Positions 35,165 through 46,700 of a DNA stretch of 64,000 bases are shown piece by piece. This DNA comes from Squalus acanthias (lineage: Eukaryota). Made by a program: the position numbers and the translations under genes. The notes below the pieces were generated by a model that made no database searches, had not been told where the DNA came from, and saw only the letters and a list, made by a program, of their open reading frames with translations. The stretch lies in NCBI GenBank assembly GCA_030390025.1, contig CM059432.1, forward strand, positions 78,928,001 through 78,992,000. The letters are read 5' to 3'. Position 1 is the first letter of the stretch. Every line of letters begins with the position of its first letter.

Positions 35165-37022
35165 GGTAAAAAAGAAAGATCTTGCTTTTATATAGTGCCT
35201 TTCATGACCTCTGTATGTCCTAAACCCTTTATTGCCAATGAATTACTTTTGAAGCAAAGTCACTGTTTCATGTAGTGAAACGTAGCAGTCAATTTGCACA
35301 CAGCAAGGTACCACAAACAGCAATAAGATAAATGACCAGATTATCTGTTTTAGTGGTAATAGTTGAGGGATGACTATTGGCCAGGGTGTAATGGAATAAG
35401 CCATATTCCAAGAAATACATCATCCTATGAACAGATTTTGATAACATTAATACATGACATACTGGGTTTAAAAGTCTGGAAAGCCTTGGCGACACAGGCT
35501 GCAAACACAATACAGGCTTCTGAGATAAGATGGTTTGTTAACACAAAGCTGTGAAAACAAGCTTTAAAATGGGAATTGGTTTGTAAATACAGAGACAAAG
35601 CCCCTATCGAAGCAAACTATTGGTGCTTCCAGAATGTCTAGAGTTTGGAACAAAACAATAGCAATGCCCAAGTAAAGTGTCAAAATCTAACATGTCGAAC
35701 AGGTGCACAGAACATTAAAAAAACCAAGTGCCTTTGAAAAAATGACATCAAGTAAAAGAAATACCTGCCGTAAAATAGTTTTATGTTAAACTTAGAAACA
35801 GGAAACACGATTAAATATGCAACCAATTGAAATAGCTAAGAAATGCAAAAAACACCCTGGTTGAAGTGTTTTTGATTTACAAGTTGTAAAAGGTACAAAT
35901 AGGAAGGCTTTGAAAATATAATGGCCCAGAAATTCGGGTCGGAGGCTTCCCGCAGGCGCAAGCCCCCGACCTGCACTTACATAGCGCGCCTGCCGTTGTG
36001 CTGTGGGCCCGCGTGGGATTCCGATCCTGGGCCTCCTCCAGCTGCCGGTGTGCAGTGCTCGCGTAACCCAGCGGCGAAGCTAGTTCGCAGCGTCCCCTGG
36101 GATCACGTGGGCCATGGGGAGCCAATCGGAGCAGGGAATCTCCATTCATAGATTTGACAAAAATAGAGCTTTTCAGATAGAGAGTCAGAAGTCGCTGGAA
36201 GGGCAAGCGTTTCTCAACTTCACAGGCACGCTCTGTAAGTTTTCAACTCTGAGTCTCGGGTAATCAAGGTATTTAATTTTGGTGGATATTCTGGATTAAG
36301 AAATAAGTAGAAGTGTGGAAATGTAACGAAGTTAAGATTTGAGAATAAGGATCTCTGATAAGAAATGTAAGCTATTTGTATTTTGAACGGTTAAAGTCGC
36401 GATTGACTTATCAGCTGTTAACTGAATGTCGGCTCTTAAATAAATCTATATATTTTTAGAATTGTCTCAAGTAGTATTTCTGTATCAACCTTACGAACTC
36501 AATTTCTGTACACTCTTCAGAGAGGAGTTGCAGAATTCTGGGGGGTTTTCCGGACCCTCATAATATCCGGAAGGTTACAGTCTAGTGAAACTTATTAAAA
36601 GTGCTATCCGGAGGACGGTAACATCTTCAGGCCGTTTCTTTCCTTTAGGGAGAGTAGTCTGACCTTTAGACCCAATTAAGCGTCTCTAGGATTCAGCTAC
36701 CGCTAACTTTAGTTGAAGGTGAACGTCTGGGGAATACGCCTGATCTGGGGTAGTCCGAAAGGGCTAGGACTTGTAATTATCCCTTCAAGGACACCAGGAG
36801 AACTCCATTTGAATAGTGTCATGGGATCTTTTACATCCACCTGAGAGGGCAGATGGTTTAACGCCTCATCTAAAAGACGGCACCTCTGACAGTGTAGCAT
36901 TCCCTCAGTCCTGCACTGAAATGTCAGACAAGAGTATGTGCTAAAGTCTCTGGAGTGGGGTTTGAAACCACAACCTTCTGACTCAGAGGCAGGAATTCTA
37001 CCACTGAGCTTAGGCTGACACC
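35165..37022 (-). mobile_element. DeuSINE (SacSINE1/AmnSINE1-like) split by an LTR-like insert (halves 35165-35386 and 36788-37022)
   Basis: Minus-strand tRNA head (AGCTCAGTGG...GGTTTCAAACC), Deu-like core GGTGCCGTCTTTTAGATGAGGCGTTAAACC...GTAAAAGATCCCATG, L2-like tail AAGGCACTATATAAAAGCAAG. Confidence 0.8.
35387..36787 (+). mobile_element. Putative long solo LTR (1401 bp, including a nested MITE fragment at ~35923-36150)
   Basis: Starts TGTAA, ends TTCA; near-TSD AGGG/AGGA; precisely splits a SINE; TATATAA at ~35916 and AATAAA at 36439-36444. Confidence 0.6.
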
Positions 37023-38324
37023 ACTAAAAGTCATCATCTAATTTAATTTTTTTGCAAGGTACCTCTTTATCTTTCTCACCTCTTCCTCTCTGCTTATTTC
37101 CTCATGACATGCATTAACTCTCAGTAAGATGATATTCAACTACTTATGTCATATAATCCTTATCTAATCAGTTTCCATCAATTATCTTTTATTTTCACTC
37201 AGTTATTCAAAAAAAAACCTGCGTTTAAATTGCTACCTTTCTATTTTGTATTCCTAATAGCTCCAGAGTTGAAAAGCTCCATTGGCAGAAGTCTGGGAAC
37301 AGGTTGCCTGTTCACTTTCTATGTTGCAGGAATGATACCAAACACAGATAAGTAAAAGAAAAATGAGGAAATAAGCAGAAAGATAATAATACATTATACT
37401 TGCAATCAATATCATCCATCTAGGCTTTTCTTAGAGGTGAATCAACACAGAATTTTATGTTTTTTGTAACACTAACCATGCTTCAACAAGATGAAGTGTC
37501 CCATCAATTTGTACAAAAAACTGTTGCTTAAATAACTGTGGTTTTCTGAATTAAAGCTAAAAGGAAGCTATGTCCAATTCACAGCATGGCGCTGGGCACA
37601 AGGACAAACTGCAGCTGAATCTGCCCATTAATGTAACAGACTGGCTGAACAATAGGTCACAAATGCATTACTTTATGGTACGCTTGCTGCCTTTAACACT
37701 TGTAAATGACCTATTGTGATCTTCTTATTCAAAAAAGCCACAATTCAAGTACTGAAGCTGGACCCAACTACCATGGTAACATTTGACCTCTTTCTTTGAT
37801 GCATTAATTTATGAATTTGTGGCATTTAAACATGTGATCAAGATAAAGCTGCTGACATAGAACGTTCCATAATTTTGTGAGATCCTCTTCAATGTCTTGT
37901 TTCACCAGTGAATCCAATTACCCAAACAGGGTTTGTTGTTCATCTATATAACATTTTAACTAACTTACAGGGAAAAATTCAGTATCGACCATTTTGGGGC
38001 GCTAATATCAGTCGGGCGCAAAATTTAGCGCCCAGCGCAAATTATCGCCGGCGACCGGGAAATTCGTCTCCAGCGCCCCTGGAGGTGATTGGAGCGTTAA
38101 ATCAAGCGCTACACACTTCTCTTAGGGCGCTATCGTCGGGGAACAGGACGCTACCTCAGAGCGCTACTCAAACTCAGGTGCTGTCAATTACCTAGTACTC
38201 AGACAGACTGGCGCCTTCCAGTTCTTAAAAGGGAAGGGTCCATCATGCTGCACAGCCTCACCCTGATCATTGCTGTGTTTGACCTGGGCCTGCAAGGAGG
38301 TGCAAATCTTCAACAATGATTATC

Positions 38325-40207
38325 ATGGCTGATCATAGGCCCAGGGAGATAGCTCGCCGGTTCAGCGACCAGGTATTGGAGGCCTGGTTGGCACTCTGGA
38401 ACGCCAACGGGCAGTGCTGTTTCCAGACACTGGCAGGAGGCCATTGCCCCGGGAGTTCACAAGGGTGTGGAGGGAGGTTGCCCATTACGTATCGTCCAGA
38501 AGTGTGGTCAAAAGGACTCATACGCAGTGCCGCAAGAAGTTCAATGACCTCACTCGGGTTGTCAGGGTGAGTAGATGCTTGAAATACCTCTAAATCCCAC
38601 CATCTCAACCTCACTCTGTGCACAGACGGTATAAAGTGCCAAATCCCCAACACTCACCCAACAACTATGCCCATCTACTAAAAGTCACATCCACATCTCA
38701 CACCTTACAGACATTAATAGCTATTCAACTATGGTAGGCACATCTGCCAAACACATGGCTGCACACTCACTCACACGCTGTCCTTTTTCTTGCAGGCCAA
38801 GCTTGCTCATAACCGGAGGGAGCAGCAATGCATGGGAGGACAGGCGGAGCTGCACCCCCTCACACAGCTGGAGGAGCGAGTTCACAGACTAATCGTGAGC
38901 CATGTCGTGGGCACTGTGGCAGTTGGAGAGGTCGACCCCCTTGGGGACAGCAACGGTATGTTCATCATCTCTCTCTCCTCTCTCATACCACTTCCCCCTC
39001 ACAACACCAGCCTTTCCCACTTTCCATCTAACTATACTGTCTCCATTCCTTGCTCCCTTCCTGACCCCCTGACCTCATGTTAAAGCCACTCTTGTACCTT
39101 CCTGCTTTCAGATAGTGAGCCACCATCTGACCAGCCTGTTCCTCAGCCTCCCAGTGGCAGCAACATGGGAGAGGAGGAGGAACACGAAGCCGGCGCCTCA
39201 CCGCCTGCGTCTCCCGAGATTGAGACATCCGATACTGGGGCCACACGGTCACTGGAGGGGAGCAGAGGAAATGGCTCTGATGCGGGTGAAGCTCCGGGAC
39301 CCAGTGGGCTGCAGCAACGCCATGGGGGAAGGGAAGCTCGGGGGCCATCTCCCCGGAGGGTGAGTGTGCGCACGAGTTCTGCTGTACAGGACTCGGATGA
39401 GGACCTCAATACCTCGGCGATGAATACTCAGGCGATAAGCATGCATACTGAGCTCCTGGGTGCAATGGCAAGGGTGCCCAAGAGCATGGATGCACTGGCT
39501 AGGAGTGTGGAGGAGTTCGCCGCCAGCACAGCATCTGTGCACAAACCCTCGAACCCATCCATGCTTCGTTGCAGAGGATGGTTGACTTGCAGAGAGACCG
39601 TGGGGACCCAGACCACATCCGCCGTGTAATGGGTGAGGTGGCAGCATCTATTGCAGCACAGGCCGAGGCAACGCAATGGCTTAGTGCTGGAATCGAGTCA
39701 TTGGTTGGTGCCATCCAATGTCAGAATGCTCTGATGCAGTCTCAGATTGATGCCACGCAAGCGCTGACTGCTGCCATCCTCGCTGGGTCGCCCACTGTCC
39801 CCCGGGGCTCTCACGGTGCCGCAGCAGGCCAGCAATCTGTGCTCGAGCAGATTGCTCTGGATGCTGAGGTTCTGCCCCGGGGGAGTGGCAGTGTGTCGGT
39901 CGAGCAGGAAGGTGCTGTCCTCTCTCAGGATGACAACATTCCTGCTGCCACCACTGCCACTCCGCCATTGCACTTGCCACAGCCTGTAACCCAGCCAGCC
40001 CAGACTGCTGCCACCCATGCAGAGTTGGTGCAGTCTGCAGCCGGGCCCTCCAGGCCCAGAGCTGGTCGAGGGTGTCCTGCAAGGCCATCTGCAGTCTCTG
40101 GCTCCCAGACTCAGCAGCCTTCCGCCAGCCTTGCTGCAGCCACTGGGGCCACATTACGGAGGAGCAGTAGGGTTGGAAGGGGGGAAGTGCGAAGGGGAGG
40201 GAGATAA
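38325..40207 (+). pseudogene. Harbinger Myb/SANT-like DNA-binding partner gene, 3 exons (38325-38566, 38796-38955, 39112-40207), two frameshifts
   Basis: MADHRPREIARRFSDQVLEA/LVGTLERQRAVLFP...VWREVA...RTHTQCRKKFNDLTRVVR|gtgagt; ttgcag|AKLAHNRREQ...|gtatgt; tttcag|DSEPP...; intron phases 0 and 1 are consistent; frameshifts near 38384 and ~39530. Confidence 0.87.
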
Positions 40208-40533
40208 TTGAAGAAGGCCGAATAATTAAATTTTTTCTAACATATGGGGGGAGTGTTTGTAACAAAGTTGGATGTGTATGTAAATATATTGTTCAGTCTG
40301 TTAAGACTTATTTCGATGTGGTAAGAACCAGTTTTGTTTGTTAATGAATTGTTGTGTTCGTTTGTTATTAGTTGTGCTTAATAAGACACAGTTGTTCAGA
40401 AGAATAACATTTTTTATTGAAACGTTACAAATTTCCTCATGTTACTCATTGGAACTTTGCCCGGTAAGAGGGGCTGCGGGATGGCTGTAATGATGTGCTT
40501 GTTGATCCCAAAAGCCATCTTCTCTCTCATTCA

Positions 40534-41706
40534 TCAGAAGCGCTGTCTTATGAGGCGTTCACAAACGGCCCTTGCAGAAGCAACATTGAGCGCCTCCCTC
40601 CCACGTTGTTGCTGCTCATCCTCCTCTTCATCCTCCTCCACCTCCTCCTCTCTCTCTTCCTCCACCTGAGGTGGTCCACCAATCCCTGGTCGCAATGGCT
40701 GGGTTCTCAGAATTGCGAGGTTGTGAAGCATGCAGCACACAACAATGAAAACCGATACTCGATCGGGGGAGTACTGCTGGGCTCCTCCAGAGTGGTCAAG
40801 ACACCGGAACCATTGCTTCAGCACACTGATCGTCTGCTCAATCAGGTTCCTGGTGGCGCTATGGCTGTCATTGTAGGCGAGCTCAGCAGGAGTGTTGGGG
40901 TTACAGAGCGGTGTCATCGGCCAGGTGGCAAGTGGATAACCCTTGTCTCTGAGGCCCCAGCCACCAGGTTGATGCAGTGGTTGGAACAGGTCTGGGACAC
41001 CAGTCTGGCACAGGATGAATGCATCGTGGCTGCTGCCAGGATAGCGGGCATTGACGGCGAAGATGTGATGTCTGTGGTCGCAAACCAACTGGACGTTCAG
41101 AGAGTGAAAGCCTTTGCGGTTGTGGAAAACCTCTGCATTGTGATGAGGTGCCCGCAATGCCACCTCGGTGCAGTCAATGGCACCCTGAACCATGGGGAAG
41201 CCCGCTATCCTAGCGAAGCCACATGCGCGTTCACGCTGTTTTACTCGGGTCATGGGGAATGAGATGTACTCTCTTCTCCTTCTGTACAGAGCATATGTGA
41301 CCTCTCGGATGCAACAATGGACAGCGAACTGGGAGATGTTGGCAATATTCCCTGTTGAAGCCTTGAAGGAGCCGCTGGCATAGAAATTGAGAGCCACTGT
41401 CACCTTCACTGCCACCAACAGAGACATCCTGGTCCTGAGCTGAGGCTGGAGCTCTGGCTGCAGGAGGTGGCAGAGCTCTGTGACCACCTCCTTGCTGAAG
41501 CGGAGCTTTCAAAAACACTGCTTCTCGGACAGATGAATGTATGAGAATTGCTCCCGGAATATCCTTGGAGGGTAAGGTCTCCTGTGCAGAGCCCTGTTGG
41601 CCCTCCTCCCTCTGGCCACGTTTTCCACTCTCTCTCTCTCTCTCAGCCTCCGCTGTCTCTGACGGTGAAGCTGGAGGACGAGGCCCCATGCTAGTACAGC
41701 CCCCAT
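40534..41706 (-). pseudogene. PIF/Harbinger DDE transposase (HARBI1-family nuclease), 390 codons with a single in-frame TGA at 41509-41511
   Basis: GAIDCT, NRKGFHSLNVQLVCD, YPGSSHDAFI, RDKGYP, YNDSHSATRNLIEQTI..LK..FRCL and CCMLHN motifs; ORFs 41509-41706 and 40534-41487 are in the same frame, joined by *KLRFSKE. Confidence 0.92.
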
Positions 41707-42530
41707 TAAATCTTCTAAATGTGGTAGTAATAAAGCTTACAGAAATGAGAACCTGAAAAGTCTTGCTGACGAACAAAACTCCTTCAAGGAGGACAGCATT
41801 AAATGTCTCCAGACACCTCTCTCCCTCTCTCAACCTACGTATGCAAAATTGATTGCTGACAGGAAAAAGCAGGAAGGGCACGCCTTTGAATAGCGCTCCC
41901 CCAGCTCCCAGCCGACTGCAAACCGTCCCCCTCTACCGTCGTTCCCAGCGGCAGGCGCTGAGGCAGGGGACGACAATCAATTTCCGGTCCAGGGCACTAC
42001 CGGGGTGATGCGAGCTTGGATGACGTCATCGTGGCGGTAGTGTTTAGTGCCACCGCAAACCGCCAGGTCAATTTCGCAGGTGGCGCTAAAATCACCGGGC
42101 TTGGGCGGTAAGTTGTTAGCGCCCCATTAGCGTCCCCCCGGAGGCACTAACCAACCGAATTTTTCCCCCTTAATCTTTCCTTGACATTTGTTTGGAAGTT
42201 AATGGCCTATTTTATTTCATGTGTCTTGGGGGTGGGGGGATTCTTAGATAGTCTGAACCTTTGACAATATGGAGTATTTGTATTTTTTAAATCATAAATA
42301 CAGAATTTTGAGAACTTTGTGTGGACAAAGTAAAAATAAATATTTTATAAAACTATATTGTATGCCATTAGAACTGGTCTAAAATATTGAAACTGCGTCA
42401 ACTTAATGGAATGTGTTATTCACTATTTTACAACGGGTCAATGATCTATTAAACTTCAATTCTTTAAGCTTAATTTATACTATTAATGGAAAATGATTAC
42501 AACCAGTTTGATATTTTAGTTCGATACATT

Positions 42531-43272
42531 GGCCCTGAATTTGCGGTCAGTATGATGGTGTACGCCTTTGAAACTGACCACAACGTTGGGATTTGACGCA
42601 TGCACAAGTGCATGCAGAAATCCCAAAGTTGCAGTCTGTCAATGACAGCTCCGAAACTGGCTGTGCTGTCCACCCCTCCCCCACACCCCATCCCACACCC
42701 ACAGAGCCGGAAATCAGTAAAATCTCGTAAATCATTGAAACTGACGAAAGCTTCGGCTCTTCCACAGTAAGTACGCTGTTAAACTCCTGACTGAAAGTTA
42801 GACCCAAAAGGATTAGGTGTAACTGGGGTTTTAACAGCGTTTTGACTGCTAAACAAATGTTAAGGGCCTGGAAAACTAATTTTAATTTTGTGCAGTGTGA
42901 AATTTGTTCATTTTAATAAAAAATAAAATTTTTAAGAAACTTTTTTAAGTTTGTGCATCTTTATTTTAGCTGTGCCTTTGCCCCATGTGAGAACCCCAAT
43001 CTTTCTTCTGCTCTAACTATTTTAAAAAGTTTGAATTACTCACTTCCTTGTTCGCTGTCTGTGAGACTTCTGCCGTTTGATTGGCTGCTTAGACAGCCTG
43101 TTGACATCACAGCAGTTCACACAAGGGAATCCCCATTAAGTTTTGTTGAATTGAATGCAAGGTCGGAAAACCCGAAGTTCTCGACACAGGGATTGCGAGA
43201 TCCCTGTACGGAGCGTACTTCAGGGCCAGCAGCTAACGCCTTCGCTTTGCTGCTGACTGCAAATTTAAGGTC
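42531..43272. mobile_element. Non-autonomous Harbinger-type element, 742 bp
   Basis: TIR GGCCCTGAATTTGCGGTCAG vs GACCTTAAATTTGCAGTCAG (16/20 match); 3-bp TSD ATT. Confidence 0.78.
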
Positions 43273-44559
43273 ATTGTGTTTTACAATGGTTCATGTCTTA
43301 TGAGGTTTATTACCTTGATGGGGGATTATTAATTTATGGGGGAAAGTGGTTTGTTACTTCTTTCAGTTATAGAATGCTTTAGTTACGTTTTAAAGAATTT
43401 GTAGATTTTTTCTCCATAATAAAGGTTTGCAAAATCAAATTTCATATCTGTGATGTGTATTTCATTAAAAACTTTCCCCTGAAGCTTGTCCCGGTGGGTA
43501 AACCCAAGCTAGTACCTGCTGCACCAGTAGGGGCACTGTAATAGGAGTTTTCAATGTCAAGCCTGTCACACCTTGCCTAACACAGATTCGCCCATGCAAG
43601 GTTAAAGAAAAGGTAAATGACAGTGGAGCAAAGGGGAAAGGAGAATAGAGGGGTTGCGTGGGTAGATCAAAAGGGGGATAGAGTTAGTGGCAGTAAGAAG
43701 CAGAATTGGTAGGGGGAAGGTGAAGTAGTATGGGATACGATGGGAAGCACATGTAATTGGGGGAGGGGATGGGAAGAGAGCCACTGAGGGCTACATTTTC
43801 CCCACAATTCCTACCCCAATTACAGCTTGCCACTGTTGGTGGCTCCTTTCTCTGCCATACCATGCTATAACACACCATCTGCCACCTGAAAAGAAAGTAG
43901 AAAAAGATAGAGAGGTTGTAAATCTGGGCAGCGGATTACATTCCAGCATAAGCGCTGCGATGTGCCAGTTCAGGATCTCTGGCACGGACCCTGTCGAAAT
44001 TAATGCAAGGTCCTCTAATTAACATCTCAATGTTAATGACTGGATCCCCAAGTGGTTCCCACATGCCCTGTTTGGCTGGCTGGTATGTCTGGTCTTGTCA
44101 CTGATGAACATCAGGAGGATTGGAGATGCAGAAATTCCCGATGTAGGGAATTCTGCCACTGCGCTCAGTGTCTCCTGCATCGATGATCTTGTTTGGGTCG
44201 TGCAAAGGTTCCACCCCCCAACAGGTCGCCCAGGAAACTCCAATCTAAGGTGAAGACCCTGCGTAATTTGCAGCCTTTTTAACGCAATTCCACCAGAATT
44301 ACAGCCGGAATGCACTGGAAGGGTTGTGGATTTTTCCCAGACAGAAAGAAGCAAAGAGAAGAGTTAAGGGGAGCGAAGCAGAAGAGAAAGAGAGCAACAG
44401 AAGCAGAAGTCGAGAGACAAAGAGAAACAGTAACAAAAAGACATCAGAGACAGGGAAGAGAGTGACCATATGGTTTAACTTACTGTGTGCAACAGCACAG
44501 GAGATTAACGAGTTTATTTTATGAAGCCACTGTACATTTTGATTGCATGGTGCTTACTG

Positions 44560-45290
44560 GAGAGATGCATCAGTAAATCCAGGGGTCTCGCCATGACAAT
44601 GCTTGCAGCTGGAGCAATGCAAGTGAGAGAAAATGAGGCAATTTGTTTGGTTGTGGGTTCTGGGCATTAGTTAGGCTTAGGGATGGGAGGAGGAGGTCCT
44701 ACATATTAGTGATCATGTTGGTTGGGGTTGAAGCTCCTCATAGCCTGTTCTGGGAGGAATTTTGTGTTGATTGAATCTCTAAGAATGATCCCCAGACGTT
44801 TTAGTATTTCCTGAGTTCCAGGTGAAAGTTGAACATCACCTGTTCTGATTGGTATATGTCCTACATGTGTTTCAGCCATATGTTTGTTGTGGGGAGGGCT
44901 ACACTTTGTCAGTAGTGTGGTGGGGGAGGAATGTATCTTACTGCAATTAGTAGTGACAGCTTTGCTTGTCTGCTTGTTGTGGGAGGCCCTTTCTCTACAG
45001 TGGGCAGACCCAGCAAGGATTGAATTGGTCCTCGGGAATTGTAAAGCTAGTCATGTTCCTGGGCTTGTGACTGGAATGTGTGTAGGATTCCCTTCTGGCC
45101 ACAGCCTCGCCGCCAGTCCTCGGGTATGGAAATTTGTGGAGTTTATGCGGGTTGCAGCACATGTGATGCATGATCTTAAGTTGGCCTTCGTGCATTTTGC
45201 AGTAGGTGATGATGTAAAGGATCTGACTCCATACACCTTGCCACTTCTTCTCCCTTAACGGTTTCGCTCCCAAACTAACTTCAGGCTTTC
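44560..45290 (-). mobile_element. Degraded L1/Tx1-type LINE ORF2 C-terminus
   Basis: W(Q)GVWSQIL...QLKIMHHMCCNPHKLHKF followed, frameshifted, by WRRGCGQKG..THI, resembling the L1-type C-terminal cysteine-rich region. Confidence 0.5.
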
Positions 45291-46189
45291 AGTCTTGTCC
45301 TTGGTCACGGAGGTGAGCGTGGTACATACTGTGGGATGTGTTCACATGAGGCTGCTTGGGGAATGTAAGAAAAGCTGTTTAAGGGGTGTCTTACTGCCAG
45401 CATTCTAAACTACGTTCTCCTTCTGTTACTCTAGGTGCCCAAAAGGAGAAGGCAGCAGAGCCCAATGACCAGCTCAGCCAAGCAGCTTACAACACCCTGC
45501 ATCACACATTCCTACAATGGCAAGGACCAGCCCTAACATATGCACTGTGGGAACCGGGTGCAGGCCAGTTAGTGAGTTGCAGAAGGGAGCACTTAGTGAA
45601 GCACAGAGCACAAATGGGGAAGAGCAAGTGCAGGTGGAATTCTAAAAAAACAGGCATTTCGACCTCAGAGGGCCTGCCTACAAATGCAGTTTAGTAGCTC
45701 AGGTCAGTAGTTCAAGCAGTCATTTTAGAGTGTGACAAACAGCCTGTACAGTTTGGGGGCATCTATGGAAAAGCCCACAACCTTCACTGCTGCATGTCTG
45801 TCTGACCAAGTTGCAGACCATCATGGAGCATGGCCACTCTCGCGCCCTCTCGAACAGGGAGCTACCCCCTCCCCCACCCTCGGCCAAGGTAATAAGCTGT
45901 CAATAATTTATTTTTATGAATTATTCTAAATTGTATGTGTAGGCTAAGTAAGAGAATGTAGACTTCACTTAGGCAGTTAAGTTTTGCCAATGAATATCAA
46001 TTATATGAATATTACAATAACAGCAGTGAAACAATACTAACTTTGTACAGTATGAATGTTTCCTTGACTGGAATGTTTGAAATGGAATAATGTGGGCTTT
46101 TACTCAAGTTGTTCTTTGGTGATTCTGATGTTCACTGAACTTGACATATATTTACTGAGAAACAAAAACCGCTGTTACCATCCCTCCAA

Positions 46190-46700
46190 AAATACCACCC
46201 TCAACCCTCTGTCCTTGCAAACTACCACCCCATCTCTGATCTCTCTTTCCTCTACAAAGTCCTTGACTGTATCTTCACCTCCCAGATCTGTATCAACCTC
46301 CCCTGCTATTCCCTGTTTGAATATGTCCAATCAGGTTTTCACGTCTCCCCACTGCATCAAAATGGATCTAACCAAAGTCACAAACAATATTCTCTGTGAC
46401 TGTGATGATGATGTATTATCCCACCTCGTCCTTCTTGACCTCTCTGCAGCCTTCAATATGGTCAACCACAACATTCTCCTCCAACGCCTCTCCTCTATTG
46501 TCCAGCTCAGTGGGACTGCTCTTTATTTCACTCTTACCTATCAGATCCTAGCCATAACATCTCCAGCAATGGCTTCTCTTACCAGCCCTACACTGTCGGC
46601 TCCAGAGACTCCCCAGGGATCCATTCTTGGCCCCCTCCTATTCCTCATTTACACACTGTCCCTAGGCAATCTCATCCACAGACACGGGGTCAGTTTCCAC
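46190..46700 (+). mobile_element. Older L2 LINE RT fragment
   Basis: KVTNNILCDCD...VLLDLSAAFNMVNH...PQGSILGPLLFLIY. Confidence 0.85.

Larger units (their letters stand above)
37968..42169. mobile_element. Full-length PIF/Harbinger DNA transposon, 4202 bp
   Basis: TIR CAGGGAAAAATTCAG vs GGGGGAAAAATTCGG (12/15 match); TTA TSD (37965-37967, 42170-42172); convergent Myb/SANT and DDE transposase genes. Confidence 0.92.

Noticed and set aside
36950..37022. tRNA gene
   Set aside because: The A and B boxes are the head of a SINE; no full cloverleaf.
40534..41706. Domesticated host genes HARBI1 and NAIF1
   Set aside because: TIRs, TSD, nonsense and frameshift lesions and related copies nearby indicate a transposon, so no gene symbols were assigned.
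39681..41881. Long opposite-strand or alternate-frame ORFs (39681-40265, 40495-41262, 41231-41881)
   Set aside because: Shadows of GC-rich transposon genes with no motifs of their own.
45386..45929. ORFs in a GC-richer island
   Set aside because: No recognisable domain or convincing splice pair; probably decayed repeat.
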